64,000 nucleotides of DNA from Candidatus Latescibacterota bacterium (lineage in GTDB: Bacteria > Latescibacterota > UBA2968 > UBA8231), in contig CBDCSU010000004.1 of NCBI GenBank assembly GCA_965221775.1, positions 928,001-992,000 of the forward strand, in the 5' to 3' direction. The notes below the pieces were generated by a model that saw only the letters and a program-made list of their open reading frames with translations, ran no database searches and was not told the DNA's origin. Below are positions 8,831-18,252 of the stretch, one piece after another (the stretch's first letter is position 1; each line of letters starts with the position of its first letter). The translations under genes and the position numbers were made by a program.

Positions 8831-9967
8831 ATGGGCCAGCGTCCGAGAAACCCCACCCGTTCGGTGCGCATCGGCGACCTGCACATCGGCGCCGGGCACC
8901 CCGTGGCCGTGCAGAGCATGGCGGCCACGCGCACCCAGGACATCGACGCCACTCTCCGGCAGGTGCGGCTGCTGGAGGCGGCGGGGGCGGATGTCATCCG
9001 CATCGCCGTGGACAGCCGCAAGGACACCGAGGCCCTGGCCGAGATCGCCCGGTCCGCCACCCGGCCTCTGTCCGTCGACCTGCAGGAGAACTACCGGCTG
9101 GCCGAGGTCGTGGCCCCCCACGTGCAGAAGATCCGCTACAACCCGGGTCATCTCTACCATCACGAGCGACGACGCCCGGAGCGCGACAAGGTTGCGTACC
9201 TGGCCGAGGTGGCCGCCGCCAACGACTGCGCCATGCGAGTCGGCGTGAACTGCGGCTCCGTCGATCCGGCCAAGGTCGACCAGTTTCCGGCGGACGACTC
9301 GATCGGCCCCATGCTCGCCTCCGCCCTCGAGCACTGCGAGATGCTCGACTCCATCGGCTTCGAGCGCTACTGCGTCTCCCTCAAGGACTCCGACCCCAAC
9401 AAGGTCATCGACGCCAACCGCCGCTTCGCCGAACAGCGTCCCGACGTCCCCCTCCACCTCGGCGTCACCGAGGCGGGCATGCCTCCCGACGGCGTCATCA
9501 AGACCCGCATCGCCTTCGAGCAACTGCTCTCCGACGGCATCGGCGACACCATCCGCGTCTCCCTCACCCTGCCCTTCGACGACAAGGGCGAGGAGATCGC
9601 CACGGGCCGCGGCATCCTCGAGGACATCGAGGCCGGCCGCTTCCGGTCGGTGCCCCGGTACCGCCCCGAGGGCATGAACATCATCTCCTGCCCCTCCTGC
9701 TCGCGGGTCGAGAACGAGGCCTTCATCGAGCTGGCCCAGAAGGTCCGGGAAGTCACCGAGTACGCGAAGATGCACTCCATCACCATCGCCGTCATGGGGT
9801 GCCGCGTGAACGGTCCGGGAGAGACCGACGACGCCGACCTCGGCCTGTGGTGCGCGCCGACCTTCGTCAACCTGAAGCGCGGCCCCGAACTGGTGGGCCG
9901 GTTCGGCTACGACGAGGTCCTCGAGCGGCTGCGGGAACAGGTCGACGACGTGATCACGTCGCGCTGA
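8831..9967 (+). CDS. ispG: 4-hydroxy-3-methylbut-2-en-1-yl diphosphate synthase
   Basis: [51 protein letters not shown] and [11 protein letters not shown] (Fe-S cysteines). Confidence 0.96.
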   Translation: MGQRPRNPTRSVRIGDLHIGAGHPVAVQSMAATRTQDIDATLRQVRLLEAAGADVIRIAVDSRKDTEALAEIARSATRPLSVDLQENYRLAEVVAPHVQKIRYNPGHLYHHERRRPERDKVAYLAEVAAANDCAMRVGVNCGSVDPAKVDQFPADDSIGPMLASALEHCEMLDSIGFERYCVSLKDSDPNKVIDANRRFAEQRPDVPLHLGVTEAGMPPDGVIKTRIAFEQLLSDGIGDTIRVSLTLPFDDKGEEIATGRGILEDIEAGRFRSVPRYRPEGMNIISCPSCSRVENEAFIELAQKVREVTEYAKMHSITIAVMGCRVNGPGETDDADLGLWCAPTFVNLKRGPELVGRFGYDEVLERLREQVDDVITSR

Positions 9968-9977
9968 AGGCCCCGGG

Positions 9978-10880
9978 TCAACCGACCCCCCACTTCGACA
10001 GCTCCGCCCCCAGCGCCTCTCTCCCCTCGTCGTCGAGATCGACCCTCGGCGGCCTCACCCGGCCGCCGCACAGGCCCGCGGCGTCGAGGCCGGCCTTGAG
10101 CAGCGCCTCCCCGTAGCGGCCGCGCAGCCTCTCCAGCGGCGCCAGCCGGCGCTGGATCTCCACCATCGCCCCCCAGTCCCGCTGCCGCGCCAGGCGCTCC
10201 AGCTCCAGCTCCGGCCCGGGCAGGAAGTTGATGAAGCCCGCGGTGAACCCCTCGATCCCCGCCTGGTAGCGCAGGTGCAGGACCCCCGGGTCGTGGCGCT
10301 TGTTGCCGACCCAGACGAAGCGGTCGCCTAGGCGCTGGATCGCGCGGAAGAGAGGATGATCGTCGATGCAGGGGTCCTTGACGCCGATCACGGCGTCGAT
10401 GGCGGCGAGGCGCTCGAAGAACTCCGCGCTCCAGCCCTGGGTGTTGTACGGGAACAGCCACAGGCCGGGGACGCGCTCGGAGACCAGCCGCAGGTGGTCG
10501 AGGACACCGGTCATGTCGTCGGGGACGCGGTTGCGCTCGAAGGGCGGCATGGCCAAGCAGACGCGGGCCCCGGCCGCCTGGTAGCGGCGGGCCAGCTCCA
10601 CGGCGGCGGCGCTGTTGCCCGGCAGGGTGGGGGTCACCAGAGCGGCGCCGCCGACGGTCTCCAGGGCGACCTCGCCCAGGCGCCCCAGTTCCTCGGCGCT
10701 CAGGGCGTCGATCTCCCCCGTGCCGCCGCCGACGTTGATGACGCGCACGCCCTGGTCGACGAGGAACCGCAGGTTGCCGGCGAAACCCTCCCAGTCGACG
10801 CTCAGCAGGTCGCCGGCGCGGAACGGCGTGACCGCGTAGGCATGCACCGTCTTCAGCTGTTGGCGCAGTTCCTGCGTCAC
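9978..10880 (-). CDS. Dihydrodipicolinate synthase family lyase (5-dehydro-4-deoxyglucarate dehydratase-like)
   Basis: VTPF, GGTGEIDALSAEE, PYN, VIGVKD (Schiff-base lysine); GTG start with an AAGGAG RBS. Confidence 0.88.
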   Translation of the reverse strand: MTQELRQQLKTVHAYAVTPFRAGDLLSVDWEGFAGNLRFLVDQGVRVINVGGGTGEIDALSAEELGRLGEVALETVGGAALVTPTLPGNSAAAVELARRYQAAGARVCLAMPPFERNRVPDDMTGVLDHLRLVSERVPGLWLFPYNTQGWSAEFFERLAAIDAVIGVKDPCIDDHPLFRAIQRLGDRFVWVGNKRHDPGVLHLRYQAGIEGFTAGFINFLPGPELELERLARQRDWGAMVEIQRRLAPLERLRGRYGEALLKAGLDAAGLCGGRVRPPRVDLDDEGREALGAELSKWGVG

Positions 10881-11017
10881 CGTCCACTCCTTCTGCAGCT
10901 CTGTGTGGGAAAGACCGCCCCGTGGGCCTCGCGGATCCGGCCGACCGTCGCTTCGGGCGGAGGTTTTTCGCATAATAGGCGCCCCTTCCAGGACGGTCAA
11001 CGAAAGGCAGAGGAGAG

Positions 11018-11755
11018 ATGATCACGGGAGAAGTGAGACTGTGGAAACTGACTCGCAAGCAGATCCGCGAGCGCCTGGCGGCGGGTGAGATCGAGGCCGC
11101 CATCCTGCCCACGGGCAGCACCGAGCAGCACAACGAGCACCTCGAGATCGAGCACGACACGGCCAGCGCCGTCCACGTGGCGCACCAGGCGGCCCTCGGC
11201 CTCTTTCCCAAGGTGGTGGTGGCCACGCCCATCGCCGTGGGCATCTCCGAGCACTGGATGGAGTGGCCGGGCACCCTGACCCTGCGGCCCGAGACGTTCT
11301 ACGCCGTCGCCTACGACACCTGCGAGAGCCTCGCCCGCCACGGCGTCAAGCGCGTGCTGATCTGCAACGGCCACGCCGGCAACGGCCCGCTGCGCGACCA
11401 GGTCGCCGGCTTCAGCGACAAGCTCGGCATCGACGTGCAGTTCCACAGCTACTGGGAGGCGTACTCCCGGGAGTTCGTGGAGCAGCACATGGAGTCGGGC
11501 GACTGTCCGGCCCACGCCGCCGAGTTCGAGACCTCCTTCGCCCTCGCCGCCTTCCCCGGCAACGTCCACTGGGAGGGCGTCGACTACGACGCCGAGAGCT
11601 TCGACATCCAGCGCGAGGGCTACCGCGACCGCGACGCCCCCTACCACTACGCCGCCCGCGACTTGGCCACCCCCCACAAGGGCCGGGTCATGATCGACGC
11701 CGCCGTCGAGTGGGTGGCCGGACGGATGACGGAGATGATGGAGGGCTCGAGATGA
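11018..11755 (+). CDS. Creatininase family amidohydrolase
   Basis: LPTGSTEQHNEHL..EHD, GISEHWMEWPGTL, NGHAGN, HAAEFETS. Confidence 0.92.
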   Translation: MITGEVRLWKLTRKQIRERLAAGEIEAAILPTGSTEQHNEHLEIEHDTASAVHVAHQAALGLFPKVVVATPIAVGISEHWMEWPGTLTLRPETFYAVAYDTCESLARHGVKRVLICNGHAGNGPLRDQVAGFSDKLGIDVQFHSYWEAYSREFVEQHMESGDCPAHAAEFETSFALAAFPGNVHWEGVDYDAESFDIQREGYRDRDAPYHYAARDLATPHKGRVMIDAAVEWVAGRMTEMMEGSR

Positions 11756-12495
11756 TGAGGAACCCGGTCCGCGAGGAGCTGGCCGCCGGACGGCCCTCGG
11801 TGGGCTCCTGGCTCAACCTGGCCTCGCCCCTGGCGGCGGAGGTCATGGCCGGCGCCGGCTTCCCGTGGCTGTGCGTCGACGCCGAGCACGCCGCCTACGA
11901 CATGGAGTCGATCGCCCACTCCCTGCGTGCCATCGAGTCGCGCGGGGCCTTCCCCCTGGTGCGCGCCTGGGACCACGACCCGGTCACCGCCGGCCGGCTC
12001 CTCGACGCCGGCGCCCGGGGGATCTGCTTCCCCCACGTGAGCAACCCGGAGCAGGCCGAGTCCCTGGCCCGGGCGATGCGCTACCCGCCGCGGGGCACGC
12101 GCTCCTCGGGCACCGGCCGCTGCGTCACCCTCGACCCGGCCTACCGGTCGCTGGCCGACGACGACGTGCTCTGCATCCCCCAGATCGAGGACCCCGAGGG
12201 CATCGACAAGGCCGAGGCGATCGCCCGCGTCGAGGGCGTCGACATCGGCTTCCTGGGGCCGAGCGACCTCGCCCTGGCCATGGGGGTGGAACCGGGCTGC
12301 GACGAGCACGAGGCCGCCCTGCAGCGCTTCCGCGAGGGCTGCGCCCGCGCCGGCACCCCCTCCGGCATCCCCGCGGCGGACGGGGCCGCGGCGAGGCGGC
12401 GGATCGCCGAGGGCTTCCTGTTCATCGACCTGGCCAACGACTTCCGCTTCCTGCAGCAGGCGGCGGAGTCGGAGCTGGAAGCCGCCCGAGGCTGA
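11752..12495 (+). CDS. HpcH/HpaI aldolase family protein
   Basis: DAEH, LDAGARGI, RYPPRGTR, QIED, FLGPSDL; ATGA overlap with the creatininase gene. Confidence 0.92.
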   Translation: MMRNPVREELAAGRPSVGSWLNLASPLAAEVMAGAGFPWLCVDAEHAAYDMESIAHSLRAIESRGAFPLVRAWDHDPVTAGRLLDAGARGICFPHVSNPEQAESLARAMRYPPRGTRSSGTGRCVTLDPAYRSLADDDVLCIPQIEDPEGIDKAEAIARVEGVDIGFLGPSDLALAMGVEPGCDEHEAALQRFREGCARAGTPSGIPAADGAAARRRIAEGFLFIDLANDFRFLQQAAESELEAARG

Positions 12496-12510
12496 GCCCC
12501 GGGGGCGCCG

Positions 12511-12697
12511 ATCCAGCGCCAGAGCCGACCATCGGCCCTGGCCGAAGCGGGTGGTGGATTGCGCGCGAGCGGTCTCGTCGGTGCGCCCCCGGCTGGCCTC
12601 ACCCACGCGCTCGAAGCTCGCGGCAGCGGCCGGCCGGAGACCAGGGCGTCCTCAGGGTGCGCGCCCAGGCGCAGGCACCGCGGTACGAGAACCCCTT
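12511..12697 (-). pseudogene. Possible decayed fragment of a GH2-type sugar-binding domain
   Basis: Minus strand reads KGFSYRGACAWARTLRTPWSPAGRCRE, then after a frame change FERVGEAS...GRWSALALD. This resembles the Y.G.AWYRR.F..P...GKR..L.FE.V...F..D pattern. No start or RBS. Confidence 0.3.
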
Positions 12698-12734
12698 GCA
12701 CCCGCGGCTGACGTCGGTGGAGCTGGCTGTAGAG

Positions 12735-13661
12735 ATGACGGTCCTCAACTTCGGCTCCCTCAACATCGACCACGTGTACCACGTCGATCACGTGGCGCGG
12801 CCGGGGGAGACCCTGGCCGGCCGCGGCTACAGCGTCTTCGCCGGCGGCAAGGGGGCGAACCAGTCGGCGGCCCTGGCCCTGGCCGGGGCGCCGGTGGCCC
12901 ACGCCGGCCGCGTCGGGCGGGACGGCCGCTGGCTGCTCGAAGGGTTGGCGGCGCTCGGCGTCGACGTGGGCCGCGTCGTCGTGGACGACGACGAACCGAC
13001 CGGCCACGCCGTGATCCAGGTCGAGGAGGAGAGCGGGGAGAACGCCATCGTCCTCTTCCCGGGGTGCAACCGGCGCATCTCACCGGACCAGGTCCGGACC
13101 TGCCTGGACTCTTTCGGTTCCGGGGACATTTTGTTGTTGCAGAATGAGATAAACGACGTACCGAAGATCCTCGTCGAAGCGGAGGGCCGGGGCCTGGGGA
13201 CGTGTCTGAACCCGGCCCCGTACGGACCGGAGGTGGCCGGCTTTCCCCTGGACCGGGTCGATCTGCTGATCGTCAACCGCACCGAGGCGGCCGGTCTGGC
13301 CGGGGACCCGGCCGGCGCGGACGAGACCGCGGCCGAGCAGCTCCTGGACGGCGTGCGGGCGCGGGTGCCGGCCGGCACCGAGATCCTGCTGACCCTGGGC
13401 GCCGCGGGCGCCGTCCTCGACGGACCCGCGGGCAGGCTCTCCCATCCCGCCCTGTCGGCCGGCGCCGCGGTAGACACCACCGGCGCCGGCGACACCTTCA
13501 TCGGCTACTTCCTGGCCGCCCGCCTGGACGGCGGCGGCGACGAGACCTGCCTGCGCCGCGCCGCCGCCGCCGCCGCCCTCTGCGTCACCCGGCCGGGGGC
13601 CCGCGACGCCATCCCGCACCGGGACGAGGTCGACTCTTTCCTCGAGGGAGTACCATCGTGA
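12735..13661 (+). CDS. rbsK: Ribokinase (PfkB family)
   Basis: NFGSLNID, GGKGANQS, GENAIV, LLQNEI, NRTEA, VDTTGAGDTF. Confidence 0.9.
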   Translation: MTVLNFGSLNIDHVYHVDHVARPGETLAGRGYSVFAGGKGANQSAALALAGAPVAHAGRVGRDGRWLLEGLAALGVDVGRVVVDDDEPTGHAVIQVEEESGENAIVLFPGCNRRISPDQVRTCLDSFGSGDILLLQNEINDVPKILVEAEGRGLGTCLNPAPYGPEVAGFPLDRVDLLIVNRTEAAGLAGDPAGADETAAEQLLDGVRARVPAGTEILLTLGAAGAVLDGPAGRLSHPALSAGAAVDTTGAGDTFIGYFLAARLDGGGDETCLRRAAAAAALCVTRPGARDAIPHRDEVDSFLEGVPS

Positions 13662-14782
13662 AGATCACCCGCCTGGAGGTGACCCCCATCCGGCCCCGGG
13701 GCCTGCTGCTGCGGGTGCACACCGACGAGGGCCTGGTCGGCTGCGGCTCGCCGATGAACTACGAGCACGGACGCACCGTCGAGCGCGCCCTGATGGACAT
13801 GGCCGACTACCTCGTCGGCCGCGACCCGCGCCGCATCGAGGACCACTGGCAGGCGCTGTTCCGCTCGTCCTACAGCCGCCAGATGCCGATCCTGCTCGCC
13901 GCCCTCAGCGGTCTCGACATGGCCTGCCTCGACATCCTCGGCAAGTCCCTCGACGCGCCCGTCTGGAGGCTGCTGGGCGGCCCCGTCCGCGATCGAATCC
14001 GGGTCTACTCCGCCGTCGCCGGCCCCTCTCCCGGGGAGTACGCCGCCAACGCCCGGTCGGTCGTGGCGAAGGGGTTCACGGCGGTCAAGATGACCCCCTT
14101 CCCGGATCCCGTGCGCTACATCGACACGCCGGCCCTGGTGGATGACGTCGTCGCACGGGTCGCCGCGGTGAGGGAGGCGGTGGGGTCCGGCGTCGACGTG
14201 GCCATCGACTTCCACCGCGCCGTGAGCCCGGCCATGGCCCGGATCCTGGTGAAGGAGCTGGAGCCCCTGCGGCCGATGTTCATCGAGGAGCCCACCCACC
14301 CGGAGAACGTGGACGCCCTCCTGGAGATCACCCGCTCCACATCGATCCCGATCGCCACCGGCGAGCGCAACACCACCCGCTGGGGCTTCCGGGAGATCTG
14401 CGAGAAGAAGGCCGCCGCCGTCCTGCAGCCCGACATCCGCCACTGCGGCGGCATCCTCGAGATGCGCCGGATCGCCGCCTACGCCGAGGTCCACTACATC
14501 GCCCTGGCCCCCCACTCGGCCGCCGACGCCGTCGGCGTGGCCGCCTCCCTGCAGGCCATGGCCGCCACCCCCAACTTCCTGATCCAGGAGTTCGGCGGCG
14601 GCACCGGCGAGGGGCTGTTCACCGAGCCGCTGCGCTTCGAGGACGGATTCGTGGCCCTGCCCGAGGGACCCGGTCTCGGGATCGAGATCGACCCGGAGGG
14701 CCTGGAGGCGCACCGGCTCACCGACTGGCCGCTGCGCGTCATGCGCCGGTCGGCCGAGGATGGTTCGGTGTCGGACTTCTAG
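13658..14782 (+). CDS. dgoD: Galactonate dehydratase-like enolase-superfamily enzyme
   Basis: VHTDEG, DILGKSLDAPVWRLLGG, IDFH, FIEEP, IATGER, LQPD..HCGG, APH, NFLIQE; GTGA overlap with rbsK. Substrate not certain. Confidence 0.8.
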   Translation: MKITRLEVTPIRPRGLLLRVHTDEGLVGCGSPMNYEHGRTVERALMDMADYLVGRDPRRIEDHWQALFRSSYSRQMPILLAALSGLDMACLDILGKSLDAPVWRLLGGPVRDRIRVYSAVAGPSPGEYAANARSVVAKGFTAVKMTPFPDPVRYIDTPALVDDVVARVAAVREAVGSGVDVAIDFHRAVSPAMARILVKELEPLRPMFIEEPTHPENVDALLEITRSTSIPIATGERNTTRWGFREICEKKAAAVLQPDIRHCGGILEMRRIAAYAEVHYIALAPHSAADAVGVAASLQAMAATPNFLIQEFGGGTGEGLFTEPLRFEDGFVALPEGPGLGIEIDPEGLEAHRLTDWPLRVMRRSAEDGSVSDF

Positions 14783-14804
14783 TCGGGTCCGCCAGGACCG
14801 AAGG

Positions 14805-14879
14805 TGGTGAGCCGGGTGGGGATCGAACCCACGACCAATGGCTTAAAAGGCCACTGCTCTACCACTGAGCTACCGGCCC
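14805..14879 (-). tRNA. tRNA-Lys (anticodon TTT)
   Basis: Reverse complement GGGCCGGTAGCTCAGTGGTAGAGCAGTGGCCTTTTAAGCCATTGGTCGTGGGTTCGATCCCCACCCGGCTCACCA: complete cloverleaf with encoded CCA. Confidence 0.97.
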
Positions 14880-14887
14880 TGCCGATG

Positions 14888-14916
14888 AAGGTGAGCCTCG
14901 GCTGAAACCGGGTCAA
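14888..14916 (-). promoter_or_regulatory. Putative promoter of tRNA-Lys
   Basis: TTGACC-17 nt-CACCTT, 8 nt before the mature tRNA 5' end. Confidence 0.5.
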
Positions 14917-16199
14917 CGCTCCCGGCGGTCGCGGACCGGGCCCGCCTCGGCCCGGGCGAAGAGCCGGGCCCACTCCTTCGATCCGTCGTCCGGGGTGATC
15001 TCCAGGCGCGTGCCCTCCATCTGGGCGGGGCCGTTTCCGGAGCCGAACCAGGAGTATCCCTGGGCCGGGCTCGCCATGTGCAGACAGCTGCCGTCGGGCC
15101 ACACGACGGTGCTCAGCAGCCGGGGTCTGGGCCGCTCGTAGGGCCGGCCCTCGCGCGCGAAGGGTTCGATCTCCGAGTCGGGGACGCGGAAGCGCTCGAC
15201 GGCCTCCTCGTCGACCTCGACGCCGAGGCCGGGGCCTTCCGGGACCTTGTGGAAACCGCCCACGACCTCGATCGGCTTCTTCAGGAGGTGGTGGCTGTAG
15301 AGGTTGAGGCAGGTGATCGCCGGCCAGGTGGCGTGGCTGAGGACGGCTCCCAGGTGGGCGGCCCAGGTCGTCATCAGGCCGTTGCCGACCAGCTGCAGCC
15401 AGAACGGCATCTGGGCCTCGGCGGACAGCTCTCCCTGGCGCAGGACCGCGCTCTTGCCGCCCGAGACCACGAAGCCGTCGCAGACCTCCTCGCGGACGCA
15501 GGTGATGTACGGAGGCCCCCCGAAGTGCATGGCCACCGGCCGCGAGGTGGCGCGGCGGATCTGGCGGTTGCCGAGCAGGTCGCCCTGCGGGATCGGGCTC
15601 TCGAACATGGCCACGTTCCCGAAGGGCTCGAGGCGGCCGATGATGGGGATCGCGGCGGCCGCGTTCTGCCAGGTGGCGTTCGGGTCGAGGTCGAGCTTGA
15701 AGTGAGGGGGAACGACCCGGGAGATCGCTTCCACCTGGGCGACGATGTCCCACCAGGGGCGCGGCTTGTTCTTGAAGCTGGTATAGCCCGCGGCCACGGC
15801 GTCGGCGGCCTCGGCCGCCCAGTCCTCGGGAGAGGCGTCGATCGACCACCAGCTGATCGGCACCCAGTCGCGCTGGATGGTGCCGAGGAGCCGGTGCACG
15901 GGGACCTCCAGGGCCTTGCCCATCAGGTCGAAGACCGCCATCTGCAGGCCGCTGCCGAGACCGTCGTCGTTCATCACCTCGGCGGCGGGCCTCCCCTTGA
16001 CGCGTTCCACGGCGTCGTCGGAGACCCGGGCCCAGGTGTAGTGCACCACCGTCTCGCCCCAGCCCACGTGGCCGCTGTCGGAGGTGACCTTGCACAGCTC
16101 CAGGACCGACCAGTTGTAGACCTCGCGGGCCGTGATCCTCTGCTGGCGCTCGGTGAAAGGCACGTCCACCGTGATCCGCTCGACATCGACGATCTTCAT
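14913..16199 (-). CDS. Mandelate racemase/muconate lactonizing enzyme family protein
   Basis: GWGETV, FDLMGKALEVPVHRLLG, FKNKPRP (KxK), LDPN, FESP, PEGPGLGVEVDEE, plus a C-terminal extension of about 70 aa. Confidence 0.9.
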   Translation of the reverse strand: MKIVDVERITVDVPFTERQQRITAREVYNWSVLELCKVTSDSGHVGWGETVVHYTWARVSDDAVERVKGRPAAEVMNDDGLGSGLQMAVFDLMGKALEVPVHRLLGTIQRDWVPISWWSIDASPEDWAAEAADAVAAGYTSFKNKPRPWWDIVAQVEAISRVVPPHFKLDLDPNATWQNAAAAIPIIGRLEPFGNVAMFESPIPQGDLLGNRQIRRATSRPVAMHFGGPPYITCVREEVCDGFVVSGGKSAVLRQGELSAEAQMPFWLQLVGNGLMTTWAAHLGAVLSHATWPAITCLNLYSHHLLKKPIEVVGGFHKVPEGPGLGVEVDEEAVERFRVPDSEIEPFAREGRPYERPRPRLLSTVVWPDGSCLHMASPAQGYSWFGSGNGPAQMEGTRLEITPDDGSKEWARLFARAEAGPVRDRRER

Positions 16200-17266
16200 G
16201 ATCCCACCTCCACGCGGCCGCCGCTCCGGGCCGCGGCATAAGCCGCCTCGACGAAGCGCATCGCCCGCAGGGCGTCGTCGCCGCCGGTGACGAAGGCGCC
16301 GCCCATGCGCGCCGCGGCGGCGAAGCGGCGCACGAACTCCCACCCCAGGCCGCCGCCGTACCCGGTCCCCTCCGGCGGCTCGAGGGTGACCACCTCGGGA
16401 CCGGGCCCCTCGCTGCGCGGTCCCTCGCTGTGGATGTAGAGGGTGTTCTGCCGGCCCACGAAGTCGAAGTGGGGCCAGACGATCTCGCCGAGGTCGCCGC
16501 GCAGGGTGATGCCGATGTCCCCGTAGCGCTGGCGCAGCACGTAGCCGGCGTGGAGGTTGCCCACGGCTCCCCCCTGGAGGGTGAAGGAGAGGGCGGCCAT
16601 GTCCTCCACGTCGATCTCGCGGTTGAAGGTGGCGGTGAAGCCGGAGACCGAGCCGAACTCCTGGCCCGTCAGGTAGCGGACCAGGTCGATGTGGTGGATG
16701 GCCAGCCAATGCAGAATGCCGCCGCCGGCCACCTGCTTGCGGAACAGCCAGTGGCCGGGGTTGCGCTGGCGCACCGAGCTGGTGACCATGCGCGCCTCGA
16801 TCGACTGGACCCGCCCGATGGCCTGCTCCTCCACCACGAGGCGGCGGATGCGGCGCGCCGCCGGCTGCAGGCGGTTGAGGAACCCGGGGGCCCAGATCGT
16901 CCCGCCCCGGGCGGCGGCCTCGTTGAGCCGCTCGACGTCAGCGCTGCCGCGCCCGGCGGGCTTCTCGACGATGCACGGAAGCCCCCCGGCCAGCAGCTTC
17001 GAGCCGATCTCGGCGGCCTGGTCGTTGCGCACCGACACCAGCGCCGCGTCGGGCCGGAGGGAGGGATGGAGGAGGTCCTCCGGCGAGACGGCCTCGGCCT
17101 CCTGCGGGACCTCCGGGCGGGCGACGCCGGGATCGTCCACGTCGCAGACCAGCAGCCGCCCGGCCTCGGGCAGGGTGTGAAGGGTCTCCAGCCAGCCCCG
17201 GCTGTGGGGCGCGGTCAGGCCGACCAGGGCCAGGGTCAGGGGGCGGCCGGCTTCGGACTCGGTCAT
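16196..17266 (-). CDS. Gfo/Idh/MocA family oxidoreductase
   Basis: IVEKPAG, GFLNR, GGGILHWLAIHHIDL, VEDMA, EAAYAAA; ATGA overlaps on both sides. Confidence 0.9.
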   Translation of the reverse strand: MTESEAGRPLTLALVGLTAPHSRGWLETLHTLPEAGRLLVCDVDDPGVARPEVPQEAEAVSPEDLLHPSLRPDAALVSVRNDQAAEIGSKLLAGGLPCIVEKPAGRGSADVERLNEAAARGGTIWAPGFLNRLQPAARRIRRLVVEEQAIGRVQSIEARMVTSSVRQRNPGHWLFRKQVAGGGILHWLAIHHIDLVRYLTGQEFGSVSGFTATFNREIDVEDMAALSFTLQGGAVGNLHAGYVLRQRYGDIGITLRGDLGEIVWPHFDFVGRQNTLYIHSEGPRSEGPGPEVVTLEPPEGTGYGGGLGWEFVRRFAAAARMGGAFVTGGDDALRAMRFVEAAYAAARSGGRVEVGS

Positions 17267-18252
17267 CGGGGGCTCTCCATGGCCACGGGGCGGCCTTCGC
17301 GGGAGGAACGGTAGATCGCCTCCAACAGGGCCACCGTGCGCCGGCCCTCCCGGCCGTCGACGCGCACCGGGGTGCCCTTCTCCAGGCAGGAGACGACGTC
17401 CTCGACGATGTTGTGCAGCGGGTTGTCCACCGAGGCCATTTTCTCCTCCAGGCCGTCGCCGAAGCAGCGCGCCTCGCCGCTGAGCACGGCGTCGATGAGG
17501 ACGCCGCCCTCGGTGCCGTGGACCTCGGCGCTGAAGTAGGCGCTCTCGGGAAAGGTGGTGGTGCCGACGATGCCGCCGCGGGCGCCGTTGGCGTAGCGCA
17601 GGATCGCCATGCCCACGTCCTCGGTCTCGATGTCGTGATTGAGGACCGCCGCCTCGCCGTAGACCTGCTCGGGATCGCCCATGAACCACACCAGCAGGTC
17701 GATGAGGTGCGATCCCTGGTTGGCCAGGGAGCCGCCGCCGTCCATCCGCCAGGTGCCGCGCCAGCCGCCGCCGTGGGCGAAGTAGTCGTCGGAGCGGTAC
17801 CACTTGAAGCGCACCTCGCCGAGCAGGGGCCGCCCGAGCCAGCCCTCGCGGAGGGCCGCGGCGACGCGGAAGTTGGTGTCCACGTAGCGGCTCTGGTAGT
17901 CGACGGCCAGCTGCACGCCGGCGGCGTCGGCCGCCGCGATGAGGCGGTCGCAGGCCTCGGTGGAGACATCCATCGGCTTGGTGGTGACCACGTGCTTGCC
18001 GGCCTCGGCGCAGCGCACCCCCAGCTCGCCGTGGAGGCCGCTCGGTGTCATGACCATGACCGCGTCCACGTCGCCGCGGCCGAGGACGTCGTCGAGATCG
18101 GTGACGGCGTCGCAGGACAGCTCCTCGCCGACCTCGCGGGCCAGCTCTTCGCGGAGGTCGCAGACGCAGCGCAGCTCGGCGCCCGCCGTCTCGTGGATCA
18201 GGCGGGCGCGGCCGCGCCCCATGCCGAGGCCGACGACGGCGAAGCCCGGCAT
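17263..18252 (-). CDS. Gfo/Idh/MocA family oxidoreductase
   Basis: FAVVGLGMG, TPSGLH, GKHVVTTKPM, WRGTWRMDGGGSLANQGSHLIDL, IETED. Confidence 0.92.
   Translation of the reverse strand: MPGFAVVGLGMGRGRARLIHETAGAELRCVCDLREELAREVGEELSCDAVTDLDDVLGRGDVDAVMVMTPSGLHGELGVRCAEAGKHVVTTKPMDVSTEACDRLIAAADAAGVQLAVDYQSRYVDTNFRVAAALREGWLGRPLLGEVRFKWYRSDDYFAHGGGWRGTWRMDGGGSLANQGSHLIDLLVWFMGDPEQVYGEAAVLNHDIETEDVGMAILRYANGARGGIVGTTTFPESAYFSAEVHGTEGGVLIDAVLSGEARCFGDGLEEKMASVDNPLHNIVEDVVSCLEKGTPVRVDGREGRRTVALLEAIYRSSREGRPVAMESPR

Noticed and set aside
3583-9060. Apparent long N-terminal extensions or fusions in the ORF track (3583-5673, 6742-9060; also 27683-30556, 51860-55933, 57950-59914)
   Set aside because: The extensions are off-frame read-through of upstream genes. 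True starts sit at stop/start overlaps or RBS sites.
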